Shown piece after piece: positions 38,023-50,600 of a stretch of 64,000 nucleotides of DNA. Made by a program: the position numbers and the translations under genes. Under the pieces are notes generated by a model, which worked only from the letters and a program-made list of their open reading frames with translations, did not search any database and had not been told where the DNA came from. The stretch is from Raillietiella orientalis (taxonomy: Eukaryota). Within the stretch, counting starts at the first letter, position 1, and each line of letters starts with the position of its first letter. The DNA is taken from assembly GCA_036172245.1 (NCBI GenBank), contig JAYWIR010000015.1, forward strand, positions 4,154,001 through 4,218,000, read 5' to 3'.

Positions 38023-41000
38023 TACTTCAGGAAACTGGAAATAACTGCTTGATTACTCGACTGGCTTTCTCAACACTCCTAATTAGTAACTGAAGGTGCT
38101 TCGAATTCTCAAGGCGAGGAGAAAATACCGAGGAACGAGATTGCGTAGAGATGGGAAACTTCTATTCATTCAGAAGACATGGCTGGGAACCGAGCGATAA
38201 ACTCCCACAACTGGAGATGCTCTTCATTAGCGCGGAAGATTCCCTCAAGCACGAGAGCTCTAGGAGGTCACTACATCCGACTTTCCCGCAGTGCCAGTGA
38301 GGCGGGCGGAGCTTTTGCATAAAACTGAATCTGCAAAAGGAGCGCAGATGCGAATGCAAGCTCGTTGTAGAAGACGAGAAAACGAGCAACGCGGAGATGG
38401 AATGGTCAGAGAGGATGCAGACGCCAAATGCGGGGAATTCCGGCACGAAGTCGAAACGTCTGTCTGAGATCAGTCGGCCTTCTCGCAGCACAGGACGTGA
38501 AAACGGGAATAACGAGATGCACAGAACTGAACCGCAATTTAGGATGCTGGATCGAACCTGCCAACGGCCATAAATTTCACGTGCGGTGCGACTGGGCAGG
38601 GGCAGCTTTGCTCCTGAAGCTGCCATGATGCCGACGGGAGAGGCGCTTACCATTCTGCACTCGCGAGAAGCTGCGACTCCTCGAGCTATGGGACATTCGC
38701 TTTATTTATGCTGTACACAGATACAAATACCGAAACTCGGAAACCTTTCAACGATGCTGACGAATTTCATTTGCGCTTCAAGTTCCAATCATTTTCCACA
38801 TTATAGCATATTATTAATACTCCAAAAGTGGTATTCATAAACTACAGCATATTCTTAACTCGCTCTTATTATATTTTACTGCAAGGTACCATACGAATGT
38901 ACTTAGCTATCTTATAAATTTTCTGTGCTGCAGTATAGCTTAGCAACTGTTTTCAACGGAATGAAATTAAATATTCAGGTTAAGCACTATAAAACACGAA
39001 GTAACTTACTGTGCATTTCGCAATGGGAAATGGGGAACGCCCGTCCCCTTGGATTGTTTTTTTCCTCTATTCCACCCTTTCCGTTCTTTTGTTTCCGTGG
39101 TTACGGCAGTGCTTTGGACGCTGACCCACGAGCACTTTAGGCACCATTGAAAACAAAGAACGAGCAAAAACGGAAAATTCAAATCTTCAGGAAAATTCGC
39201 GAGGAGAGGAATCCGAGAATTAAGGAGGGCAGCAAGGAGAGTTCTTGAAATTAAAGAGATGGATATTTGCGACAGGAAGGAAACGCGAGAGCTCTCAGGA
39301 GGACCAAAGGGTCTGGTTGCACGCTGGGAGAAGCAGGGAGCTGGAAATCAGCACGTTCCGCATCTTTAAGAGTTTCGAAACGAGGAGGGTGGAGAAAGGT
39401 TTTCTTTTCACCTCTGCCTGGAAACTGAAGGTTCCATTCGCGAACCTTCAGTGGTCTTCCCCGTGAAGAACCTCAGTCGTGCTCAAGCGAACAAAGCGAC
39501 ATCTTAACCAGGTGGATTCGTGGGGAAGCGAAAGGAAAACAGGTCTTGTAAAGAGGGCCGTAGAGCCACAGGAGATAGCCCAGCTATTATACGGCAGTCC
39601 GTGGTTACAGAGGTGTAAAATGAAAGCTGCGAGCGATTGAGGCGAAAATTCACCCGCGAGGTTGCTCGAGGTGATTTGGAGGATGAGGAAATACTGGAGA
39701 TCATGGCTAGATCCGAGTGACTTTGATGCTACGGCCTATTCTGAAAGCAAAAAGACTGCCCATTAGACTGCCCTTTCGGTCGAGGAAGATTTTACCTCAT
39801 CATCATTGCTAGATGATTTTAAACAGGCAGTTACGATCCACGCAGGAAGGCAGACACACGTAAAGGCGAGATGCGAGACATCACCTGCCCAAAAGACCGA
39901 ATTCACACGTCATACCAAACTGCTACCACCAACTCTTTTTTCTGGCTTCTTTCTTTGGGAACTCGGTTTCGGACCCGGGAATCGAGTGATCTCGCAGCTG
40001 CAATTCCCCCCTTGAAAGAGTCAGTTTCAAGTGGACTCAAATGCGAAATTCGCGAGGAATGTGGCCCATTTATTCTCCTCTTCTCCCATCAAGTCACTAC
40101 CGCGTTGGACTGAGACGGCAGCGATGCTTGATATACGGGGAATTTCCCAGACAGACTGCAAGTGTGGGCAAGTGGGGCTCGCTTTCCGGCCAGGAGGAAG
40201 TGAGACTGGCTCCTGTGGTTGGCATTTGCTACTCCAAAGCTGAAGATCGCGTCTGATTGTGGATGCAGCGATTTTTTTTTTTTGCATTACCAAGAAGACA
40301 GTTATAGTGACGGTTCGGTGCATGGGTGAAATAACGAATGGATACCACAAGCGGGAAAGCAATACGGGTAACGACCTCGGAGCTGCCATGTCGGTTTAAT
40401 CGCATCGCCATCACGGATACAATGCGGCATCAATCCGAAGGAGTTCAGGGTGATGAGTCCTAAAAGAAATAAAAGTCCGACACAACCCATAATTTCTCAC
40501 TCAACGGCATCTGAGAAGGACCTCACAGCTGCTGTATGTTTCCTAGATGAAAACACATGCTGGAGGAATGAGTAGCTGAAAATCATGTGAAGCATGTCGT
40601 GGAAACGTGGATTCTCTGAAGAGGCACTTGAAATCCACAGTCAGAAAATCCCACTGGAAAGAGCAGAGCTGTGTTGTGAGCAGCTGATTTTCAAGAAAAG
40701 AAAATGAATGCCGAAACGGAATTCTAAACGAATTCGCCTCTTCCAAAGGTTTGAGAATGACCTTTGCACGGAAAAGGTGTTGGAATCTATGAAAAAGCAT
40801 CTCTAAAAAAATACAAAAAAACTCTACAAATCGGCAGTACATGGGACTGGACGGGATCATTATCGAGTACCATTCACCTCATCGAAGATGATAATAAAGA
40901 TGGAATAATAAAACAAGGAGAACAGAAAAGATGCTCATTTGGTTGCCTTATAGCAAAAGATCTACAAAAACATGAGCAAGAACCTTAAGAAATGAAGAAT

Positions 41001-41199
41001 AGAGAGTATCCGTTTCTATTGTCAACTAATGTGTACCAATTTTTAAGGAGAGCCTTCGCACAATGAGCTCAGCATAGCCAGCCAGCACAGTGAATTCGTG
41101 GAACATGAGACGATTTGGTTGTGATGAAATGACTGCACCTTTGTGGCTCCCATGCGCCTGTTCCCAAACGGCTAGAAGCAGCCACAAGAGAAAAGTCCA

Positions 41200-44100
41200 G
41201 AGCTTCGCCCAGATACCTCTAAGCTCTAGCTAGAACAAGGCGCCTTCCGTAAACTGCAGGCACACGGTGGGTGGACACGCATGGGCTGTTTGGCGATTTT
41301 CGCGTTGGACCTCTTCAGCGACCCGACAGAAGACTGCCACGCCGTGACACGATGATGATGTCCTGGTCCAGTGCCAAGAAACTCAGCAAAGTTTCTTGGG
41401 GCTGTTCGTGGAAGAGCTTCAGCCCGAGTTCCTCGGCTCGATTCGAGTCTCCAGGCGTTCAGAGCAAGAGGACTTTTCTCGGACGAGCAGACAAGAGATT
41501 CTCTGTCCGGCGCGATGCTGGACTTGCAAACCAGAACGGGAAGAAGGAAGGAGCAGTTTCTTCCCCGATTTCAGTGCAGTAAAGGACGACTGATGTGCTA
41601 AAAGAATTAGTCCATTCCACGGATAGTTTCGAGTCTTCTGAATAGATTGGGCAGCAGATCCTGCTAAGCTCATTTCTTGGAGTCAATTGTGAACCTGAGG
41701 TTCCTCTCTGGCAACGATGTTCTTCAATGGAGCAAGTCAGACGAATTCACCTTCTTTGGAGCTAAGATGACATCGAAGTTCCCCTCGAAGTCCTCGTTAA
41801 GGACTGCCTAACGAGGACTCCCTCTTCTTGGTTCCATTTGCAAGACGACTCGATGCCAGTGTTTTCTCGAGAGGGAGGCACATCCGGTGTCAAGTTGCGA
41901 TCGTTCCAGACAATTCTCTGACAGATGAGGAAAAAGGCGTCAAATTGGGAGCTGGGCACCAAGAATCGGTTTCTTGAGTTGCCGGGTGGCAAACTGCCTC
42001 AAAATGGCAGTCTGGACAGCTTGACCTACGTGGGGAGGGATCACTTTTGGAACTCTCAACTTGCAACACTGCAAGAATGAATCGAGCGGTCATACACCCT
42101 TAGCATTCCAGTTTTGCGTGGGACACATGACTCCATGGTCTCTTCCTCTCTGCCACGCGACATCTGAAGAGAAGCTCTTAAATCTACAGCAGTCCGCGGG
42201 GAGCGCAAATGGCTCCGCGCAATCCACGTGTCACTTGTTACAATTCCGTCCACGATGCCGCCGATGTTCTTTCTGAACATGGAACACGCGAGACGTAAGA
42301 TGGAACTGCTGCCTTGTAGTGTGCTTGAAATGTTCCGTCTTTTGGAGGAAACACCTTCGCGCCGCCATCCCCTTCTAACGCCGTGGGTGCTGAGCTGGGT
42401 GAGGACAACCCTGTTGCTGCTTCCATTTTCACTCGCATATATCCATGGCAGTGGATCAAAAGGGCTGTTCCGGTGCTGCATGTGCATGCGGATGCTCTAG
42501 CTGACGTCCGACTCGCAGAATCGATGATTATGTTTTATACCGAATCATGAAGGTCAAGAACTGAGGATCAGAAGAGTCTGCCCATTCAACTGACCCACTT
42601 TAGATGGAATTTATCTTTTCCACTCTCTCTTTCACTAATACACGACCCACTATGCTTTCTGTTGTCTCAGTAGACCATGGATATTCAATGCTTATCACAA
42701 TATCTCTCAGCACCGCCAACTGGTCAAGCTCCATTCTTTTCTTGAGAGAGACGTTGGAAATTTTCACTACAGCTGCTTAAACCCGCAGGTAAGCAGATTC
42801 CTTCAGAGCCAGGGTCCTGCACTCATCGCAGAGGTGCAGTCCTGCAGAACTGACTGCTGTGTCCGAACCAGACTGCAAAGTATCCGGATATCCAGGAACA
42901 CCCAGGAACTGTTTTTCTGTTCAGCCTCAGCATCTCACCACACGCGATTTCCAATTAGTATACAGAGTTGAATCGGAGAATCTGCACTCGAGGCATGCAG
43001 TAGACCCCTCCGCCGTCACCCCACGGGGGGTTGCCGAAAACACTCACCTCCAGGAATAGCTAAAGGTTTCACAGAATCAAAAGTTAGAAGGGTGGTTAAC
43101 AGGGGTGGGGGAGTTCTACTGTTCGCCGCTTCGGTGCTTGCCGTTTCTTTTATCTGCATGCCGAGTAACAGGGCAACAGGATCGATCTCCCACTCTATTC
43201 TGAGGCTGTGTCATTTGCTATGAGCTTCGAAGGAGGTCCCGAAACATCTTTTTCTCCTTGTTTTGTACGGTACTCCGATGAACAACAGCAGCAACAAAAA
43301 CGAAAGTAGTGTTGGGACACGGAAAATTGGACGTAGTGATCGGACGATATGCCAGGGAAGAGGCGATCGAACTCTGGCATCTGATCGGTTTCCAGACTCC
43401 GGAACACCCGTTCATGGATTCCGCTCCGCGTGATTTTTGATCATTTTCCACCCGCGGATCTCCATCCATAGGCAAAAAGCCCGCGGTTCGCTTGAACACC
43501 TTGGAGACACGACAAGGACGAGGAATATCCGCACAAATGATCTGTCACAGAATGATTCATCAGTTTGAAATCTTTCTCCTGCCCACACTGCGTGTGTTGG
43601 ACGCCCGTTTCCAAAGTCCTTTCTCGTTTTCGGGAACACCCGAACGGCGTGTCGAACGCATACCCTGCGGAGTGCTCTCAGCAGCACTTCTGTGTATGGA
43701 GGTTTTTCTGGTGCACCCGCGGACTGCCGATCTTCATAGTATTCAACGAAGTAAGTAACCACAGCTCTTGACGGAGAGCCTGAAGCCTTCAGGCTTCCAC
43801 CTGTGCTTTTGGCGCCTTCCTCATTTCGGGCGCCTCTGGTTTCCGCCTGCATCTGTGGAAGCACCTGAAATTCTCAGAGGAAGACAGAAATACCTCGCGT
43901 GAAGTTTCGAGTCGCTGCTCGTCAAGTTTCTGCGCCTCCATCCTGGTTCCTTTAGGAGGAGGCGCTGTGGAAACCATAACGGAGTACCAACACCTCGTGC
44001 CTCTCTTGATCGATCCCACCAAGCAAAAAAGAACTGCTCCGTTGCTATTCACACACTCACTGACTGATCTCTGACGTGCGTGAGGAAGAAGCATCCATGT

Positions 44101-44200
44101 CACGAAAGGATAAGCGGCAAAGTTCTGGGTTTTGCAGCTGACTCTTAGTGGAGGCCACATCAGGGCTTGCGATAATTGCGCAGCTCTTCTTTTCCGCATC
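41200..44200 (-). mobile_element. highly decayed LINE ORF2-like remnants
   Basis: Weak colinear motifs ENFRCFHRCRRK, TYFVEYYED and RTAGFLP on the minus strand resemble L1-type linker/RT N-terminal motifs. No clean catalytic motif recovered. Confidence 0.3.
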
Positions 44201-46854
44201 CCGAGAAACGTTTTTATTCTTATTTTTATTTGCATGGCATTGCGAAAGTGTTTCGATAAATCATTGCCACGAGCAGAGCGCTTCCTCGTTAGTTTATTGG
44301 CGGCATCATAAGGTTGGGATGTGACTACCATTCGACTTTCAAAGTTTTTGTCTTTCCCTATAATATCACCAACATTCTATCACTTATACGTCAATATATC
44401 GCCTGCATTCGAGCTTCTTTTTAACCTTGTCCGTATGATCTACGCAGACCTATAAGGTTTCTGAGGTTTCTCGGCCTTTGGATTCTGCGTAGCAATTTAT
44501 CATAAAGCCACCATGGCTGTTATATTTGTCTATTTCGGAATTCTTCTGCTTCTGTCTTCAGTTCTGTAACTGACTTTCCGGATCCGGAAACCTTCTGGAA
44601 ACGGACCTACGACCACAATGGTTATCAGGTTTTTCAGCTCTCCAGCCCCTGATGAACGAACACGTTGTAATTGGATTCTTCTCCTCTTCCCTCGAATTAC
44701 CACCGAGCTGAAACTGAATTCAGCTGCTTCTCTTCACATGTGCCTCATTTCGTTCGCCATAGCCGGTTTCACGAGCTCATTACGTCACAGCAAGAACCAC
44801 GGATCCACTTGTTCGCCAACGTGGGTGTTCCCAAACATCTCAAAAGGTCACGTTAACAACAGCTTCCAAAATTTTTTCGGGATTAGCAATCGCACAGGCC
44901 ACTTTTTGTGATGGATTCCCAAGTGGGGAAAATGGTTCGATTCCACGGAGCAGCACTTTGTGGGTGTGGCACAAGAAAATGCTGATGCCCTCCTTCACCC
45001 GAGGAAACGGAACCTTGGCGGTACGAAGAGTGCAAAGTTTGAACAAGGAACTCCGTACATCTCATATTGAAGATTTTCACGGGAAAACTTCGCTACGTAG
45101 CATCGTATCTTATAATTGTCTCTTGGAAGAAAAAAAAAAGAAAAGAAAGAAACCAGCTTCCTTAAATGTGATTACGTCTCTGAATTCTGTAAATGAAATG
45201 AGTTATGCAAAAACCTCTCTTTCGGTTCGGTCGGGCTGCTCATATCAATACGTAATCGATTCGTGCACATTCGATAGAGTGAACTCGGCTGGAATTGAAA
45301 CTCTATAAAATGTCGCCTTTATAGAAGGCTCTCGATTGCATCGAGACGGGAAGTCGAAATAAAAAAAAAAAAAGAAAAAAAAATGCGGATAATTAAATAA
45401 AAGAAACCAAATCGTTGAACAGTAGTAACGTGAATTTGTATAATCAAATGAACAAATTTCGTAACATTGCAGAAGCAAAAATAGTGTATGGTAAAAGATG
45501 GTGATGATGCGATATAAAATTTGATTCAGACTTCTTCACGATTGCTTTCCTCCTCAGGAGAGGAATATCATGAACAGGAAGGCAGACACTTTCTGACCAC
45601 TCCATAGCTAAATTGGATGGTGGTCAATAACTTTGCCGATACCATATTTTTGAACCTTGTTACTCTCGTCTCAATTTTCCTCTGCATGCTCCATGGGAGC
45701 GTTCCTAATGTGGGTATCCAGGTCAAGAACATGATTTCGTTCGTTTTCCCGCCCATTCCCTGATCTCAGGAGTCACTTGCGACATTTTCTCTTATTATGG
45801 AGGCTGCAATGCGTGCTGCAATGGGCACATCATCATCTCATCAGTAAAATAGCCGATCGGTAAATTCAACTCGAAAGTTCCCTTCAGCTGACGAATGCAA
45901 ATGCTTAAAAGGGTTTGCACAGGAAGGCGCTCTTTATTCACATCTTTTAGTGTGATGCTGCATAAAGCTACGGAAATGTCCTCATTTCGGGACGTCAGTG
46001 TCGTCAGCCAGTGCTTGCGGCAGCGAACTTTAGAAGATTGCGTGCTGGTCGAGTGGTCGTAGGTAAGGGGTCATATTCGGGGGCAAAAAACACGATTCTG
46101 AAATTTTTCCCCATTTTCAATTGTCCCGTGGCAAGTTGCTCTGTCAACGATCAGCAATAGTTTTTTTTTTTTTTTTTGATGTCAGGACGATGTCACTTCG
46201 GGAATAAACTGTTCCTCGATTCCTGATTGATTGGTCCACGTTAAATTTCAAACACAGGCACTTTTGCCTTCACTCCCTCTTCGATTTCACGTAAAGTTTG
46301 AATGTTGAATAGTTGATGGATTTCTCTTTATTTTTTCCCATCTTTAACGCGGCTGAATGACAGAAAACTTAAAATATGAAGGGGCCACTCGTGTCGAAGG
46401 TTTCCAGAGGTGGCTATATCGAACGGGTGCTGTACTTCTGTAGCATCTTCCAAAGCCTCGAGACCGCCTGATGCCAAACACTGGTCCTCTCGCAGCCGCG
46501 TCACTCAAGAGCGTCTTCTTGCAGTGGTCCTGTTCGACTTGGCTCCTGATCACAGATTCCTCAGCATCCGGCGAGACAAAGCACCACGTGGAAGAGCTTC
46601 AGACGGCGGAATTGCGCTCGATACCTTTCCAAAGAGCGTTCTTACAGCATTTGCGTCCTTCCCAGCTGACGCGTGGACCACAAAATAAGCCAACGCGAGC
46701 AACATCATATCTTTTGACACACAGCACAGAACGCTAGGGCATGGGAGTGCATTCGAGACGAGAGTTAAGATCGGGATAGTGAAGCACTTTTAAGAGAGCA
46801 AATGACTTCACTCTTAGATGCACCGACTGGCGAAAGATAATGATGCAAAACATG

Positions 46855-46856
<2 letters not shown>

Positions 46857-46900
<44 letters not shown>
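46857..46900. repeat. poly(T) tract, 44 nt
   Basis: Uninterrupted T run, i.e. poly(A) on the LDLR-like gene strand ~790 nt past its stop codon. Confidence 0.95.
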
Positions 46901-46902
<2 letters not shown>

Positions 46903-47686
46903 CTTTTTTACATGAACTGTATTTCGCTTTTCGCTTCACAACGTTTCTTCGGTTTCGAAACAAAGAAAAAAACTACAAAAATACTCATAAAGTTGCTCAA
47001 AGAGTTCAGCATTGAAATCATCCAAACACGAACCATATAAATATTTAAATTGACACAATTATAGCCCTTAAATAAATTCGAAATTCTCTTTCACCCACAC
47101 TGTTTAGAAGCAAACGCTCCTGCAAGACTGACTCGTGGCGTACAAATAAAATTTTCGAGTAAGCAAAACGGATCCCGACTTCTGGGGGTCGAGGGGAGGG
47201 GAGGGAGGGAGGAAGGAAGACAGAAAATTCTAGATTTCCAAGTACTTGGAAACACTACTTCGCAACGGAAATTTTTATCACAACACTGGAGAATGAAAAC
47301 TTCTTGCTGTTTGCTAATGCAACGGGGTTGGGGGGAGCAAAGATAGGATTCGGGAAAACCCAGGCCGAGCAATCGCTGGGAAAACTGTTAGTTCTGCAAA
47401 GCTGTGAAACTCAGCCGTGATGATGATGCACAATGGAGGACAGTTTTTTCAGAGTTACTAACTGCGGCTGCTATGGCGTTTCAAGATGCAACATGGGATT
47501 GGGTTTTCTCTTTCTTTCTTTCTGCGCAAAGAGCGCTCTCGTAGGAGAAGTTTCTTTCAAAATAATTGCAATCATTTTAACAGAACTCTAATTCTCACTT
47601 TGGCTGGAGATGATATGGAAAAGTCGCGGAATTAGACACGGGCAAGCAACGAGATAACAGCTGCCACGGTAACGTCGCACCGCCGA

Positions 47687-50600
47687 TCAGTATTTATCCC
47701 TGGGGAGCAGCATCTAGAATCAACAGGGGAATAAAAAAAAAAAAAAGCACAATCTAGAAATGGAGGCTTGTCACACAAGTTTGTGGACTGATTGCCCATA
47801 CGGTGGTGGGAGAAAAGACAGATGAGAGAGCGTTCGGCTTGATAGAAATATTCGAAATGGAAACAGACCTCTTTCTTATCCTCTTTCTTATCAAACATGG
47901 GAAGGCTGTTGTTGACTTCCAGCAATGTCTTCCTGATGGTTGTCTGTTTGTAAACATAGCCTTGATGCCTTGAAAAGGGTTTTTTCCTGTGTTTCACATT
48001 CCGATAAACAACAGCAGAAATCTAGATCTAAATACTTGTAGCCACTCAAGGAACGGGAAGCCACCTCACCACGGCAATCACAAGAACCACAGAAAAAATG
48101 GTCCCAGCGTGGATGGCCGAGCTGCTGACACCATTTTCGGATAGTGCATGCAGGAACGTCTTGTTCGAAGCCAGGAGATCTGGAAAATGCAGCAATCAAG
48201 AGATCATTGCATAAACATTTGGACGAACCAGAAGAATCACACGCCTCGTGATCCGATGCCAAACGGAAGCCATCCAGGCAGACGCATTTGAATTCTCTTC
48301 CGGAATCTGGTCTGTGAGGGCGAGGGGAGGGAAGGCAAAAATGCGAACACTTTGCTTGCGAGCACACGTTAGGGTGATGCGGCTGCTTGTACTCGTGGAC
48401 CGCAGATACAGAAGTTAAGAGACGTCCGCTCATGGGAGCCAGGGGAGTGAGACCGGAACCGTCGAATTTGTTAGCTCGGAAGAGAACGCCGCCGTCTCGT
48501 TCTATCCAAAAAATCCAGTCTTCGAATACGACGAGCGAGTGAGGATTGGAGATGGAAGGCGAATGCAGGACGTCGAGGCGGTGGAGGCCATCGGTCTTCA
48601 CGCAAGAGATCTTATTGAGAAGACCGTCAGCCCAGTACAATCTCTGGTGCATGGTATCCATGGCTAGTGAACTGACTGCTGCAACATCTTCGGTTATAAA
48701 AGCACTTCTTGCATTCCCATCCGTCCCAGCTCTTTCTATTTTGGAACCGTTTCCGCTGTTTATCCAGTACAGCCACCCATTCTCTGGCTCGAGCACGAGA
48801 GATTGAGGTTCAAACATTTCTTCTTTAATGATTTCAATGCTAGCGTTTCCCCCAAAATCAGAGACACCAATGACTCTTTTATCTGAATCAATCCAGTAAA
48901 TGTATTGATGGATCCAATCGACAGCTAAACTGGTCACATTTCGAGAGGATAACGACGGGACTTTCTGGATCACGCTGGCATTATCCACTTTCGCCACATA
49001 AACTTCCTTCTCCCCAGCCTCGCTCCACACAAGCGTTATGTTATGGGCGAAAAGGTAACCCAGACTTCGAGGATGACGCTCAGGGAGAATCACTACAGAG
49101 TTCTGACCATCCAGATGCGAGCGGCTGATGCCCTCCTGGTCCCCTATCAGCAAATAGGCACGTGTGGCTTTGCATAGGTGGGGCATCGCTGCGTCTTGCT
49201 CGTATCCGTCAAAACAAGAGCAGTGGTAAGAACCGTTTGTGTTGTGGCAGAGCTGGGAGCAGCTCCCCCATTTGAAACATTCGTTAATATCTACGCAGAG
49301 AGAAGGATGAAGGAAACTGGGCGCCAAGGGAAAGAAGAGTCGAGCCGTTACCTACGCACTGGTCCCCGACCATGTGAAAGCCTTCGTGGCATCGGCAGTA
49401 GAAACCCATTAGAGTGTCGACGCACGCGTGTTGGCAGTTTCCGTTGTTTTCGAGGCACTCGTTGAGATTGCAGGTGGCCGGCTCGTCCGCACCTCCGACG
49501 CAGTCATCTTTCCCATCGCACACGGACTCCTTCGGGATGCAAGAGCCGTTCCTGCAGGCGAACTGAACCTCGGCGTCGCACGCCTGCGTCCCCAGCGGGC
49601 AGTTCTTCTCGTCGCTGCCGTCAGCGCAGTCGGCACTGCCGCTGCAGCGCAGCGCCTCCTCAATGCACCTCCCGTCGCCGCACTTGAATCCCCCGAGGCA
49701 CGAGGCCGAGCTGCAGAGGGATTCTTCCTCGTCGGACCTATCTCCGCAGTCTGGCCTTCCGTCGCACACCCACTTGGGGTTTATGCACTGCGAACCGCTG
49801 GAGCACTCAAAGTGCGAAGGGATGGCGCACGTGAAGGTGGAGGGGCAACCCTGCAAGAGAGAGAGAGAGAGAGAGAAATAAAAGATGAAATCAGCTCCCC
49901 CCTCACATCGAAAAAAAAAAAAACACAAGTACTCTCTCGTCTTCTCCGGAGGGACAGTCTCCCCTGCCGTCGCAAACCAGCAGTTTGTCGACGCAGATTC
50001 CGGGAGAGCACTCAAACTGGGAACCGCCATGGCAGGATTGCGTGCAGTTCGCCTCGTCGCTGCCGTCCAGACATTCCTTTCCACCATCGCATCGGAGTCG
50101 CCGATCTATGCAGCCGCCATCGGCGCAAGAAAATTTCGTCTCATCGCACGACGCTGCCGACCAACGACCAAGAAGAGGAAGAAGAAGAAAATTTAAAAAA
50201 AAAACATGAAGTAAGCATCTTAAGGAGAGGGAGGAACATACTGCATCCTTGCTCGTCGGAGCCATCTGGGCAGTCCACTTTCCGGTCGCAACGAGAGCCC
50301 GACGGGATGCACTTTCCAGGAATTCCTTCGCATTTGAACTCGCCTGCGCCGCAATGAAACGTTTCTACAAAGACACGACTCTTGAAACGTATGTGCGTGT
50401 GTGCGATACATGTGAAATACTTTTGACCTGTGTCCATGAGGATGCGTTTGGAAAAAAAAAAAGAGGAGGGAAGAGCAGTCTCGGGAGAAATTGTAGCCAG
50501 CGAATGCGCACTCGCTCAAACTATCAAGAGCTGGCTCGTGAGTCCACGTGTCGAAGAAGTCAGCTTGCCGCCCCTGGACTTTCGAAAAACCGCCCAACGA

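Noticed and set aside
38260..38690. Two minus-strand exon-like segments with good splice sites
   Set aside because: Reading frame is ambiguous, with no upstream exons or homology recognised.
49428..50357. 309-aa plus-strand ORF
   Set aside because: Antisense shadow of GC-rich LDLR-like exons.
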